A DNA stretch of 64,000 nucleotides from a virus (lineage: Duplodnaviria > Caudoviricetes). The position numbers and the translations under genes are program-made. Each line of letters starts with the position of its first letter. Within the stretch, counting starts at the first letter, position 1. The notes under the pieces were generated by a model, which was given only the letters and a program-made list of their open reading frames with translations, searched no databases and was not told the origin of the DNA. The stretch is taken from the IMG/VR virus record IMGVR_UViG_3300044711_000026, positions 4,999 through 68,998 of that record; one strand, written 5' to 3'. Below, piece after piece: positions 1-9,758 of the stretch.

Positions 1-64
1 AGACGGTCAGATTTGGTGCCACCCGTGCGCCGATAAGCGTTAACGCGTCGAAAAGGAAAATCAG

Positions 65-310
65 ATGAGCGATCAGCAAACCCCATGGTGGGAGCAACCC
101 GGAGCGCCGGGAGAGAACCGCACCAAGGAGCAATACGATGCGCAGATCGCGGCGCTTAAGGAACCAAAAGTGCGGAGCGCTCACAAGGTTATGACGCCGG
201 CCGAGTACGCCTCGATGCAGATCGTGGGCTGGCATGAGGTCTGCCGCGATATTGATGGATTTGGCGGCGTCGGAATCCGCTACCTCGGAAATGCGAGGTC
301 TAGGCCATGA
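65..310 (+). CDS. hypothetical phage early protein
   Basis: 81-aa ORF with GGAAAA upstream; stop overlaps the next ATG (ATGA). Confidence 0.5.
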   Translation: MSDQQTPWWEQPGAPGENRTKEQYDAQIAALKEPKVRSAHKVMTPAEYASMQIVGWHEVCRDIDGFGGVGIRYLGNARSRP

Positions 311-449
311 CGACGCCCACAGGGAATCCTGCCCTAGATGCAGGCCCAGAATGTCCGCAGTGCTGGCAACTGCGCAGCAAGTCTGTGCTACAAAATATGA
401 ATGCCGTAGTTGCGGGCACGAGATCCCTCTCGTTCATAGGTAGTTAGCG

Positions 450-647
450 ATGCAATTCCCAAAATGCGTGAATTGCCTGGATACGGGGATAGTTTGCGAA
501 GAACATCCAATGGCATGCTGGCCAGAAGAGTGCGACTGTGGGGCTGGCATGCCATGCCCAGAATGTTGCGATCCTGTGCCACAAGACGGCACTCATTCGA
601 TAGTCGAGTGCTTTACACCAAGGCATCTACGGCGGACGGTAAACTGA
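450..647 (+). CDS. small Cys-rich (Zn-binding) protein
   Basis: CxxC..VCEEH..W..CDCGAGMPCPEC; paralogue of 54430..54630. Confidence 0.6.
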   Translation: MQFPKCVNCLDTGIVCEEHPMACWPEECDCGAGMPCPECCDPVPQDGTHSIVECFTPRHLRRTVN

Positions 648-648
648 C

Positions 649-867
649 ATGGTCGACATTGTAGTCCGGCTGCGGTTCGATGCCGCTAGATGCGAGACGC
701 AATTTTCAAAAGACGTGGCTGGCAACATCGACGAAGGCGTCAATGAGATTGAGCGGTTGCGGGCGGCGCTACTGGAATGCAAATACGGTGCCGAATACCC
801 GGATGAACTTGGTGATATAATCGACGCCGCCCTTGGCATTACTCAGCAGATAAAGAAAGGTCCGTAA
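649..867 (+). CDS. hypothetical phage protein
   Basis: GTG-start 72-aa ORF tightly packed after 450..647; EIERLRAAL motif common in phage early proteins. Confidence 0.5.
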   Translation: MVDIVVRLRFDAARCETQFSKDVAGNIDEGVNEIERLRAALLECKYGAEYPDELGDIIDAALGITQQIKKGP

Positions 868-959
868 ATGGCAGAAGCCATGCTCATACTGTGGATCGTG
901 TTCTGCGCGTGCGGCGTAGTTTTTTGTGCCGCTGTTCTGGTGAAGCTGGTGACGAACCA

Positions 960-1604
960 ATGATCGCCCTCGACCTCTTCTGTTGTGCTGGCGGAGCTGC
1001 CGTTGGGCTGAATCGTGCCGGCTATCAGGTCGTTGGCATCGATATCGATCCACAACCTAGATACCCGTTCCCCTTCATTCGAGCCGACGTCATGCAGATT
1101 GACTTTCGGAAATTTGATCTGATCTGGGCGTCACCTCCATGTCAGCGGTTTTGCCGGCTCAAGACGCGCGAGGATATGTCAGGCTATCCGGACCTGATCG
1201 AGCCCGTCCGCGCCAAGTTGATTTCCAGCGGCGCGCTCTACGTCATTGAGAATGTACCAGAGGCCCCGATCCGCGCCAACCTGATGCTGTGCGCCAATAT
1301 GTTTGGCCTTCGTGCATATCGGCACCGTCATTTCGAATGCAACTTCCCGATCGAGCAGCCGGCGCACCACGAGCATAAAGTTCGCGTCAATCGCCGCGGC
1401 GAGAACCGGCGCGAGCATTGGGCTAACGGCGGCTTCATGACGATCACAGGTGATGTAGGGGTCTATTGCGGTCCTGGAGCAATGGGAATCGACTGGATGA
1501 CTGGCAACGAAATGTCGGAAGCGATTCCGCCGGCCTATGCGGAATATATTGCCAAATTCGCCATGGCGGCTCAGGCTCGGCGAGTATTCGAGGCCGCCGA
1601 ATAG
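960..1604 (+). CDS. orphan DNA cytosine-5 methyltransferase
   Basis: motif I LDLFCCAGG, catalytic motif IV ASPPCQ, motif VI IENV; start placed at MIALDLF. Confidence 0.85.
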   Translation: MIALDLFCCAGGAAVGLNRAGYQVVGIDIDPQPRYPFPFIRADVMQIDFRKFDLIWASPPCQRFCRLKTREDMSGYPDLIEPVRAKLISSGALYVIENVPEAPIRANLMLCANMFGLRAYRHRHFECNFPIEQPAHHEHKVRVNRRGENRREHWANGGFMTITGDVGVYCGPGAMGIDWMTGNEMSEAIPPAYAEYIAKFAMAAQARRVFEAAE

Positions 1605-1631
1605 TTTCGTTAACATCACATCAGAGAAAAC

Positions 1632-1811
1632 ATGAACCTACGTGAAAAACTCGAAGACCTTCGGCGATCGCACTACACCTGCGAGGATTGCTGGTACTCT
1701 TGCCCGAAAGCCGGCGACGAGTATTGCGGCCTTCAAGATCGAAATGTGTGCAATTGCGGGGCAGATAGCTACAACGCTATTATCGACGAGATCCTTCTAG
1801 CGAATCCGTGA
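1632..1811 (+). CDS. small Cys-rich hypothetical protein (59 aa)
   Basis: read by hand: MNLREKLEDLRRSHYTCEDCWYSCPK...CNCGAD; below ORF-track cutoff. Confidence 0.55.
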   Translation: MNLREKLEDLRRSHYTCEDCWYSCPKAGDEYCGLQDRNVCNCGADSYNAIIDEILLANP

Positions 1812-2000
1812 GGTTACCCTGACGATGACACAACGCGAGCGGCTCAGTCGTGAGATGATGGATCTAGCTGACCATTTGGCCGATGTGCTGGAGCAGCCAG
1901 ATCCCCGCGCATGGGATCATCTGCTGATCTATTGCCCGCTCGACAGGCTTGAAGCTGCCTATGTCAGAAAGTCCCAGATGGACGAGCAAGGAAAAGAGAC

Positions 2001-2231
2001 ATGAGCGACGATGCGAAGCAGCGATATTCCCTCGCGCATTGCCCCTTCTGCGGTTCGTTAGACATCGATGCAGAAGGTTGGATGAGCTGCAACGAGGATG
2101 GATCTGGAAAGAAAACAGGGCCAGCATGCAACGAGTGTGGCGGATCGGCCGGCAGCATCGCTGAATGGAATACCCGGTTCGATAAGCCTAGCTGTAACGG
2201 TGAGCAAAGGAAACCAGATGGACTTGGATAG
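2001..2231 (+). CDS. Lar-like restriction-alleviation Zn-finger protein
   Basis: CPFCGS...PACNECGGS...AEWNTR pattern typical of the Lar family. Confidence 0.6.
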   Translation: MSDDAKQRYSLAHCPFCGSLDIDAEGWMSCNEDGSGKKTGPACNECGGSAGSIAEWNTRFDKPSCNGEQRKPDGLG

Positions 2232-2379
2232 ATTGAAGCAGTTTGAATTGACGCCTCCCGAGTTCGACCCTCGCCGGGATGTGCGATTCCGCGGGAAGTC
2301 TCTTTGCGATCTGGACAAAAGTGAGCTTCTGGAAGCGCTATGCCAGGCTCTGACCGAGCTGAAGCGCTGGCAACGTTAA
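2218..2379 (+). CDS. hypothetical protein
   Basis: MDLDRLKQFELTPPEF...; AAGGA SD upstream. Confidence 0.45.
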   Translation: MDLDRLKQFELTPPEFDPRRDVRFRGKSLCDLDKSELLEALCQALTELKRWQR

Positions 2380-2401
2380 ATAAGCTATGAAGGGAACTAG
2401 C

Positions 2402-2716
2402 ATGAGCGACCGCAAACCAATCCTGAGTATAGGCTATAGCTGGTGCGATAAAAACGGTCACATCCCCAAGGGGCCAATCTGGATGTTGCATTGGCTCCCT
2501 TCTGGATACGCGCCGACTGCTCAAGATCGCCTGCTCGCGGTATTCTTCGACACGGATGGGAAATGGGACGGTTGCGGCCTACGAATGCCAGAAGATTGCA
2601 ACGAAGAGAAGCCTCAGCCTAGGCCAAGACTTCTGCAGGTCGTGACGAGGGCCATCGAAGACCATTTACGGAAACATCCGGAGGACGCCGCTGGATACCT
2701 TGAGAACAAGGACTGA
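2402..2716 (+). CDS. hypothetical protein, last gene of the rightward unit
   Basis: 104 aa with GAAGGG SD; converges on the leftward late unit. Confidence 0.5.
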   Translation: MSDRKPILSIGYSWCDKNGHIPKGPIWMLHWLPSGYAPTAQDRLLAVFFDTDGKWDGCGLRMPEDCNEEKPQPRPRLLQVVTRAIEDHLRKHPEDAAGYLENKD

Positions 2717-2910
2717 ACCTGATCGCTACGTCATGCTCCCAGCCCGCCGCTTCCTCTCCCTCGCGTCGCAGATCGCCCCGCCGGCAACCCACAGCCCATA
2801 GAGCGGGAGCAGCGCGATGCCGATCAGGATCGCGAGCCTGCGCGCTAGATCCACCATGACCAGCGCACCCGGAGAAGGGCCGCGACGTTCGCCACGGCCC
2901 TGCCGAGTGG

Positions 2911-3258
2911 TCACGTTGTCGCTGCCGGCGTGTTCGCGGCAACGGCCTCGCCGAGCTGCTTCGCGCGACCGCTGATCGCATTGGCCAGAGCCGTGATGCG
3001 AGCCACGGTCGCGGGATCGGTCGTATTGGCCTTCAGGTCCGCCACCATTTTCGAGAGCGTGATGAGGAGCTGTTCGGCGGAATCGTCGGCCGCAGCATTG
3101 GCAGCGGCGGCGGCTTCAGCCTGGTCGAGGGCGTCGGTTTCCATGGACATGATGATTTGTTCTCCTTCGATGATCTGGTCCAGTTTGTCTTCGATATCGT
3201 CCAGCCGGCTCAGGACCAGAGCATCCGGCGTGAAGTGGTGAAAGATGTCGATTCGCAT
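2911..3258 (-). CDS. Ala-rich coiled-coil protein of the lysis-region cluster
   Basis: MRIDIFHHF...LDQAEAAAAANAAADDSA; coupled to neighbours. Confidence 0.6.
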   Translation of the reverse strand: MRIDIFHHFTPDALVLSRLDDIEDKLDQIIEGEQIIMSMETDALDQAEAAAAANAAADDSAEQLLITLSKMVADLKANTTDPATVARITALANAISGRAKQLGEAVAANTPAATT

Positions 3259-3259
3259 G

Positions 3260-3430
3260 TCATCGCCCCTGCAGGATGAAACCGAAGTCATGCCACCCGA
3301 GCAGGAAAAGCAGCACGAAGAACAGGAAATCGCTGGCGTATACGTAGCCGGTGTATCCACCCCACCGAGTGCTGACCCACGAAATCATCCAGAGGATCAT
3401 CAATATCCAAAACAAAAGACCGATCGGCAT
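3260..3430 (-). CDS. small two-TM membrane protein (56 aa)
   Basis: read by hand: MPIGLLFWILMILWMISW...FLFVVLLFLLGWHDFGFILQGR. Confidence 0.65.
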   Translation of the reverse strand: MPIGLLFWILMILWMISWVSTRWGGYTGYVYASDFLFFVLLFLLGWHDFGFILQGR

Positions 3431-3433
3431 GGT

Positions 3434-3808
3434 CTATTCCCTTCTCGTGATACGGTTCAAGCTCTCGATTGGACCGCGTAGCCAAGCATGCGGCATGTGG
3501 AGCCGGTAGCCGTGGCCATGGCTTGGCGGGGCGCGCAGGTGAAGAGAGATGATGTTTACCGCCAGGATAAGGCAGCCGGCAGCGAGCAGTCCCACGTCAA
3601 ACCACGTTGGCTCCCAGAGCCAGCCAATAGCGTACATCGTGAAACACAGGAACAGTTCCCCGCCTGTGAACGTCATGCGGCGTGCCCATCTGACCCACGC
3701 AGGATCGAGATTGTTGATCCGGTCAAAGTCGACTTGCCGGATGACGTATTCGAGGATGCCGATCTCGATCAACGCTATGGCGATATACGCTGCGGCGACG
3801 TTACTCAT
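3434..3808 (-). CDS. multi-TM membrane protein
   Basis: three hydrophobic stretches in 124 aa. Confidence 0.6.
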   Translation of the reverse strand: MSNVAAAYIAIALIEIGILEYVIRQVDFDRINNLDPAWVRWARRMTFTGGELFLCFTMYAIGWLWEPTWFDVGLLAAGCLILAVNIISLHLRAPPSHGHGYRLHMPHAWLRGPIESLNRITRRE

Positions 3809-4097
3809 TTTTTGTTCTTTCGAAGGGTTTCCACGTTCCGGCGAAGAACTTGTCGGCCTGTCGGCAGATACGGAAGCCGCCCATACCGACCATGAAGGCG
3901 AGGAGACCCGGAGGAATCTGGGTCAGTAGTCTCAACAGTTGGGGGACGAAAAAGTTCGCCGCGATCCCGCCCACCACGATATATCCGATGATCTCCCATG
4001 GACTAGCCTTGCGGACGAGGAACGCATGGACGATCCCGCCGGCAATTCCGGGTATTAGAAAGTGAATATTGATGTCAAAAATGAGCAAATCAAACAT
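3801..4097 (-). CDS. putative holin-like membrane protein
   Basis: GIAGGIVHAFL, IVVGGIAANFF, LLAFMVGMGG: three short TMs and a basic C-terminus. Confidence 0.55.
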   Translation of the reverse strand: MFDLLIFDINIHFLIPGIAGGIVHAFLVRKASPWEIIGYIVVGGIAANFFVPQLLRLLTQIPPGLLAFMVGMGGFRICRQADKFFAGTWKPFERTKNE

Positions 4098-4749
4098 TCG
4101 CCCCACCGACGGCCATCGTCATGCTGGTAAGGTTCCGCAGATCTCGCGGCGTAAACTTGCTCGCTTGGAGCGCGTCTTTCTTCGGATACTTCCCGCACTC
4201 GTAGAAGCCCTGCGCGGGCAGCTCGCTGCAGTCCCACGCCCCGAAGCTCTGCCAGTCATGCCATGGCCAGAAGAACGAAAACACGGCACCGTAGTCGTAT
4301 GGCTTGCCGATCTGGCTTTCGATGAAGGCTTCGAAGATGTCCACCTGATCGGCCGTTGCGGTAATGCACCGAAACTCCTCCCGCGTGAACTTCCCGGCAT
4401 CGTACCCGGCCTGACGCCTTCTGACGCCATCCCCCATAGCACTGATATACGAGCCGTCCCGCATGCAGACGTCGACATGCGTCGCCCAGTCGCGCTGGGC
4501 GAACTGGCAGGCGCGATTGAAGATGCCGGGATGCTCGACGAAACGCAGCGTGATGATTTTGTCTTGCGGAGACTGGATGCTGATTTCGTAATATTCGCCT
4601 TCCTGCTCCTGTTCGGCGGGGTCAACCAGCAGATTGAAAAGGGCCTGCTGATCCTGCTCCCCGAGCATGCCCGGAGTTGTGAAAAACAGTTCCACGATTC
4701 CGTTATTCGGGCGGACCCTGTCGCAACGTGCTATCAGGCGGCGTTTCAT
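4090..4749 (-). CDS. permuted papain-like (NlpC/P60, YiiX/YaeF C92-type) amidase/peptidase
   Basis: His before Cys: ATHVDV ... QIGKPYDY ... WDCSEL. Confidence 0.75.
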   Translation of the reverse strand: MKRRLIARCDRVRPNNGIVELFFTTPGMLGEQDQQALFNLLVDPAEQEQEGEYYEISIQSPQDKIITLRFVEHPGIFNRACQFAQRDWATHVDVCMRDGSYISAMGDGVRRRQAGYDAGKFTREEFRCITATADQVDIFEAFIESQIGKPYDYGAVFSFFWPWHDWQSFGAWDCSELPAQGFYECGKYPKKDALQASKFTPRDLRNLTSMTMAVGGANV

Positions 4750-5177
4750 TTAGGAACCGCATGCCCCTGTGAAGTGGTGTAGATAAACCCCGCTGCTGCG
4801 AGAGCCCCAGAGATAACTATGGCGACGCCTATAACGATGGCTCCTATCATGTTGATGCCTTGCGATTTGCCACCGCTTTCCCAGCGAAATTGCTCCTGCT
4901 TTGACATCCGGTCGGAAAGGTCGTTCTTTACCTCTTTGAGCTGTGTAGCCAGCAAATTCGCCGCCGCATCCTGATTAGCTCGTAAAATCTTAGCTAGCTC
5001 CAAGTCAAACATCAATTTCTGCGAGGATAACTGGTCGACGCGTCTCGTCTCCGCATCACGCATATCGTCTCGATATCGATTGTCCGCGTCGCGCAGGGCG
5101 TCGCGGTGGATGCTTTCTCGGGCCAGCGTATCGAGAACGTTTTTAGTCGGGTCGATTGGTAGGGGTTTCTCTACCAT
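4746..5177 (-). CDS. coiled-coil protein with C-terminal TM anchor
   Basis: helical charged body then MIGAIVIGVAIVISGALAAAGFIY. Confidence 0.6.
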   Translation of the reverse strand: MVEKPLPIDPTKNVLDTLARESIHRDALRDADNRYRDDMRDAETRRVDQLSSQKLMFDLELAKILRANQDAAANLLATQLKEVKNDLSDRMSKQEQFRWESGGKSQGINMIGAIVIGVAIVISGALAAAGFIYTTSQGHAVPK

Positions 5178-5297
5178 CGCCACATCCTCACGCCAGCCCG
5201 ATCGCAACGAGGTATCCGTAGCCGGCTGCAACCGTGGCGATGAACATGGCCCAAGCGCAGATCAGCGCCTCCTCATCGGTCCATGCATCGTAGGGTC

Positions 5298-5714
5298 TCA
5301 TCTCAGTGCGCCCTCGACCGCGTCCCAAATCGCCCGGTTCTCCGGTGTCAGAAGCTCGACACCGATCTCGTCGACTTCCTCTTTCATATAGGCCCGGACC
5401 ATCTCCAGCGCGTTGCGCATTTTCGCATTCTCGCCTGGCGGGATGTTGTAGTCCCCGAAGTTCGGATCGTTCGGGTCCTTGTGGAGATCATCCGTTCCGG
5501 TGAACTTACTGGCCAGCGCCTCGTCGGCAATCATCCTGATCTCCATCAGCCGGTCGACATGGCAATCCGTCGTCATGTCGCGGATGTCCTGCAACACCTT
5601 TCGCTGCTTCTTCTCCTTGATGATACGACGCTCGATCTCCTCCCGAGCGGTGTCATCCGCCCGGTAGGAATCCGAGCCCTGCACGTAGCCGCGACCGGTC
5701 GGGCTGTCGTTCAT
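5298..5714 (-). CDS. hypothetical protein
   Basis: 138-aa ORF with coupled start and stop. Confidence 0.55.
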   Translation of the reverse strand: MNDSPTGRGYVQGSDSYRADDTAREEIERRIIKEKKQRKVLQDIRDMTTDCHVDRLMEIRMIADEALASKFTGTDDLHKDPNDPNFGDYNIPPGENAKMRNALEMVRAYMKEEVDEIGVELLTPENRAIWDAVEGALR

Positions 5715-5932
5715 GGGATCGGCTTGTTGAAGTCGTCGAGGTCGGCGTCGAAGTCCGCCCTGATCTTGGCTAGGTCGGCATCCGAGATCGGATGACCCGC
5801 CGCCCCCTGCTTGCTCAGGCTGATGAGCTTCTGAATGCGGTCATTCACATTCGCCCCGCCCTCAAGCAACGTCGGGAGCAGAATGAGACCCTTTTCGATC
5901 AGTTCGAAGATTTTGGTTGCGTTCGTGCTCAT
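5711..5932 (-). CDS. hypothetical protein following the lipoprotein
   Basis: 73 aa, ATGA overlaps on both sides. Confidence 0.6.
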   Translation of the reverse strand: MSTNATKIFELIEKGLILLPTLLEGGANVNDRIQKLISLSKQGAAGHPISDADLAKIRADFDADLDDFNKPIP

Positions 5933-6315
5933 GACGAACCTCCGACATTGACGCCGACCGCGGCGGCTGCCGCCTTGATGTTCGTGTAAAGCGCGGTCAA
6001 CTGGTTGTAGACCACGATCGCGTTCACCTGATCGTTGGTGTCGACGAAGGACCGGAGCTGCGCGACCAGCGGCTTGACCTGGCGGGTGTAGACCTGAATG
6101 CGCGCGATATTGGCCCGGCAGTTCACATCCGCCGCGCCGTCAACGCAGGCCTTCTTGTAAGTCTTCAGGCCCTGAATGGCGCTGTCGAGAACGAGCTCGA
6201 CCTCGGCCTCTTGGGTCCGGGTAACCGGGTTGTCGATGGTCTTGGTGGCCAGTTGCAGGCTGGCGCAGCCCGTGAGCGACAGAGACAGCGCGACGATGAT
6301 GAGGATCTTGCGCAT
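5929..6315 (-). CDS. lipoprotein (spanin-like position)
   Basis: signal MRKILIIVALSLSLTG-C with lipobox LTGC; TGATG overlap with the upstream holin. Confidence 0.75.
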   Translation of the reverse strand: MRKILIIVALSLSLTGCASLQLATKTIDNPVTRTQEAEVELVLDSAIQGLKTYKKACVDGAADVNCRANIARIQVYTRQVKPLVAQLRSFVDTNDQVNAIVVYNQLTALYTNIKAAAAAVGVNVGGSS

Positions 6316-6650
6316 CACGCAGCCCTCGCCAGAGTGACGGCCTCGGGCGAACCCGCAACTACGGTCGTTCGACCTGGGAGTGCCGCAGCCTGTTCTCGTC
6401 CTGCCACGGTTGATTCCATGATGACGGCCTTGACCGGGCTGTCTGGCTGCTTCGCGATGGTGTCGACGACCGCAACCGCATTGGCCTCGGTGTGGACGAA
6501 CATCGACCAGACCAGCGGGGCCGCCATGACGAACATGCCACCCCAAAACTCCATGGACGAACCTGTCATCCACCCGTGGGAAATGATGGAGACCCCCATC
6601 GGGCTCGCGATAAACCACCGCACGGCGGCCTTGAGTTGCTCTTGGTTCAT
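6315..6650 (-). CDS. putative holin (two TMs, Pam3-gp28-like)
   Basis: MNQEQLKAAVRWFIA...GW...FWGGMFVMAAPLVWSMFVH. Confidence 0.6.
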   Translation of the reverse strand: MNQEQLKAAVRWFIASPMGVSIISHGWMTGSSMEFWGGMFVMAAPLVWSMFVHTEANAVAVVDTIAKQPDSPVKAVIMESTVAGREQAAALPGRTTVVAGSPEAVTLARAA

Positions 6651-6656
6651 TTAGAT

Positions 6657-9600
6657 TTACCTCTGTTCATGACGTTCTCTTTTCGATTCATAAGCGAGAC
6701 GCAATGCTACTTCGTGATGCTTGATCGGCTTGGACGTGTTACCCTCGGCAAGCCACTTCCTGAACTCTGCCATACTTATCCGGCGCGCATGGCCAAGACG
6801 AGCGGCGCCCTTTCCATCGCTGAAACCGGCCCGATAGGTGGCCAGAGCCTCCTTCTCGGAATTGAACCCAATCATGCACTTGTGTTCGTCGAATCGGCCT
6901 GTCTCCGCATCCTTCTGATCGACCACGAACACCTGATCTGATTTGTCGTTCGGACCGACGTAGCAATCGACGTGGTCTCCGTCCGCGCCTTCCGTTCGCT
7001 TGATGTATCCATAATGAGCCGGCATGGTCACAGACCAGCGCTTGCCGTCCTTGCCGATACCTGAGCGCTGCCGGCCCTTCAGGTTCTCCAGCGTGATATC
7101 CAGTCCTTGGAAGAAGCGATGAGTCTTGCTGTAATTTCCAGCCTGTTTTTGTGCCTCGCTCGGATTATGATTGTGGACTGCGCCACCATTGGCAAAATGA
7201 ACTTCCCGGCCAGAATGATCAGAGACATTCCCACCTCTTGCGAAGCCGGCTGGTGTAGATGGCTTTCTGCTCCCAGTCGCTACATCGGATTTTTTGTCTT
7301 CGGGTCTTTGAGCCTGAATCATCTTGAGATCGGGCATGGCGCGATTGGTGGATGCTGGTATGGCTTTCCGCACGATCGCGCTAGGCGTAGAACTCCCACC
7401 AATGAACGGCTTTGGCTTTGGAATGATATCGTCCAGCGAATCACTTAGACGCTTGTTCTGTGCCGCCCCTTCAAGGCGGTTTGCTCCCCATTCCAGCATC
7501 TTGCCAACGCCAAGACCGGCAAGACCGCCGTCACCATGAACATAGCCGAGCGCCCCCATGACTGCGGCGCCATATTTGCGAACAGCGGCCAGTAACGCTG
7601 GCGCTGTGTCTGAATTGGTGCGCGCATACTTTGGAATGATTGTCAGCTTGAGAGCGTCGGCGTAACGCTTCATGAGCGCTCGTTCGCTTTCAGAATAAAG
7701 CTGCTCTGCAACGGTGCGTCCTGCGCCATGGAGAAATTCGTTAATAGCCTGCATAGCCTTTTGAGCCCCAGGTTGATCCTTCCCCGCTGCCGCTTGCGTC
7801 AGCTTTTGCCATACTCCCTGACGAACCGCCGCCATTGTGGGGCTATCTGACCCTACGATGCGCTCAATGGCTCCTATCGCTCGCGCGGTATTACCGGGGT
7901 TCTGCGAACCGATGATCTTGAACACACCGTTGACGACTTCCTCTGGCGTGGCGGTGCCATCAACGATCCTGCGGAAGGTGGCCCCAGCAGCGCCACCGAT
8001 TTCCGCACCCCCAAAGACGTCCTGATAGGCCTGCCGCACTCTCTGTGCAGTCTGTGTGGCCGGAAGTTGCTCAATGTTTCGCTCAAGATCCCGCACGCCT
8101 TGTGCGTGAGATCGCATCGCATTTCGCTCTTGCTGCGTGAACATCCTTTGGGCCAATGTAGATCCAGCAAACTCAGAAATGCTGTTTGCACTCCTCACCG
8201 GATCAACTTCGCCAGCGGCGTTGCGAACCTGAGATGCCTTCTGCCACATGGCCTGACGTATCGTGCTCCAAGCATCAGAATCGGCACCTAGAATTTGCTC
8301 AAGACGATCTGCAATCCTGACCGGAAGGCCCGCCGCTCCAATTTTCCCTGAGCCAACGATCATATTGGCGATTTCTTCCGGGGTGGCGTTGCGGTCAACG
8401 ATCCGGCGCATTGCGGTTCCGACGTCATCGCCGGGGCGCTGAGGGCCGAAAGTGTTGCGATACCGAGAATAGGACGCACGAGCTTCCTGCAGAGCCTGTA
8501 GCGCCCGCGGATCTCCAGAAAACAGGTTCTCGGTGATCGCGCGCTCTATCTGGTCGTCAAACCCGTCCAACACCGCACGGGTTGCCCTAGCGTCGGCTGG
8601 ATTAGCCCTCGCCTGCTGATAGTACCCCACCAGACGCTTCCGCATCTGGTCAATCCCTCTCAATGACACCCCTGTTATTTCTTCCGGATTTGGCTCAGCA
8701 TGTGGAGAGGCAAGATTGGTGATGTGTGGACGGGACATTTCATCCAGCGCGGCGATTGCGCGCATGGCGGTAGGCGTGCCCTCATCGATAATTACAGGGT
8801 TATCGGCGCCGTAGGTCAATTCCTGCCGGATACGGGTTCCCATGCCCCGAACGGCGCTGACATCAAATTCACCCGGGAGCCGTCCAAATTCATCATATAG
8901 GCCGCGAAACTCCTCACGGTTGGCTTGTGCTGCCTCACGCACGTTCTGCCCAACGACCTCGCCAGCCTCGCGAGGATTTTCAATCGGGAGCGCGCCTTGG
9001 CGGATCGACTCGTTGAGTGCTCTACCCTGATCCTGAACCATGCCGCGCTGTGATTCGGCCTCAGCCGCCGCGCGACGCTCTGCCTCGGCCTGTAGTTCAC
9101 GCGCTCGCAAACCTTGTTCCGACACTTCTCCTGCGACGACGGAGCCGGCTTCTGCGGGGTTTTCGATTATAGGAGCCGTACGGGCCGTCTGCTCTCCAAT
9201 ATCCCGGCCAGCGGCTTGCGAATCCTCGTATTGTTTCTGAAAGAAAGCCGCTGCACGGTCCTGCGCTTCTTTGCCGTAGGCTCCACGGGCCGCCATATCC
9301 TCATAGCGAATACGGTCTAGATCCTGTGTTGCCTGCCCGCGTGACAGGTTAATTCCAAACTCACTGGCAACTTGCCGGTTGGCTTCCGTGGCAGCGGGGA
9401 CAGCCTCCCTTGCCGCTCGAATTGGGGCGGCGAATAACCCTCCAGTTCCCTTTGGAGCCGCAGGGGTCAAGAATTGAGCGGCCTGCATGGTTGCGCTAGG
9501 CAGCGCTTCACGTCCCTGCGTTTGCTGAAATTGTTCTTCTTCCGTTTGTGGAGTCGATGTCGCTGCCTTGGCAGCTTCCACCGATGTTTTCATGCCCTGA

Positions 9601-9758
9601 AGGCTCTCCTTAATCATCCAAAGCGGGCCGCCAGGAGTGGCTTTGTCCCACATGTTCGCAAGACGATCCCCGAAGGACTTAGGAGCCGCAGTTTCACCAG
9701 CGGCCCAATCAGGAGCCGGTGCACTATCCGCAGTTGCCCAGTCCGGAGCATCGGTCAC
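6657..9758 (-). CDS. large internal virion/DNA-ejection polyvalent protein with C-terminal InPase (inorganic pyrophosphatase-like) domain
   Basis: 1033 aa, helical Ala/Gln/Arg-rich; C-terminus ITLENLKGRQRSG...WSVTMPAHYGYIKRTEGADGDHVDCYVGP...FDEHKCMIGF; GTG start. Confidence 0.75.
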   Translation of the reverse strand: MTDAPDWATADSAPAPDWAAGETAAPKSFGDRLANMWDKATPGGPLWMIKESLQGMKTSVEAAKAATSTPQTEEEQFQQTQGREALPSATMQAAQFLTPAAPKGTGGLFAAPIRAAREAVPAATEANRQVASEFGINLSRGQATQDLDRIRYEDMAARGAYGKEAQDRAAAFFQKQYEDSQAAGRDIGEQTARTAPIIENPAEAGSVVAGEVSEQGLRARELQAEAERRAAAEAESQRGMVQDQGRALNESIRQGALPIENPREAGEVVGQNVREAAQANREEFRGLYDEFGRLPGEFDVSAVRGMGTRIRQELTYGADNPVIIDEGTPTAMRAIAALDEMSRPHITNLASPHAEPNPEEITGVSLRGIDQMRKRLVGYYQQARANPADARATRAVLDGFDDQIERAITENLFSGDPRALQALQEARASYSRYRNTFGPQRPGDDVGTAMRRIVDRNATPEEIANMIVGSGKIGAAGLPVRIADRLEQILGADSDAWSTIRQAMWQKASQVRNAAGEVDPVRSANSISEFAGSTLAQRMFTQQERNAMRSHAQGVRDLERNIEQLPATQTAQRVRQAYQDVFGGAEIGGAAGATFRRIVDGTATPEEVVNGVFKIIGSQNPGNTARAIGAIERIVGSDSPTMAAVRQGVWQKLTQAAAGKDQPGAQKAMQAINEFLHGAGRTVAEQLYSESERALMKRYADALKLTIIPKYARTNSDTAPALLAAVRKYGAAVMGALGYVHGDGGLAGLGVGKMLEWGANRLEGAAQNKRLSDSLDDIIPKPKPFIGGSSTPSAIVRKAIPASTNRAMPDLKMIQAQRPEDKKSDVATGSRKPSTPAGFARGGNVSDHSGREVHFANGGAVHNHNPSEAQKQAGNYSKTHRFFQGLDITLENLKGRQRSGIGKDGKRWSVTMPAHYGYIKRTEGADGDHVDCYVGPNDKSDQVFVVDQKDAETGRFDEHKCMIGFNSEKEALATYRAGFSDGKGAARLGHARRISMAEFRKWLAEGNTSKPIKHHEVALRLAYESKRERHEQR

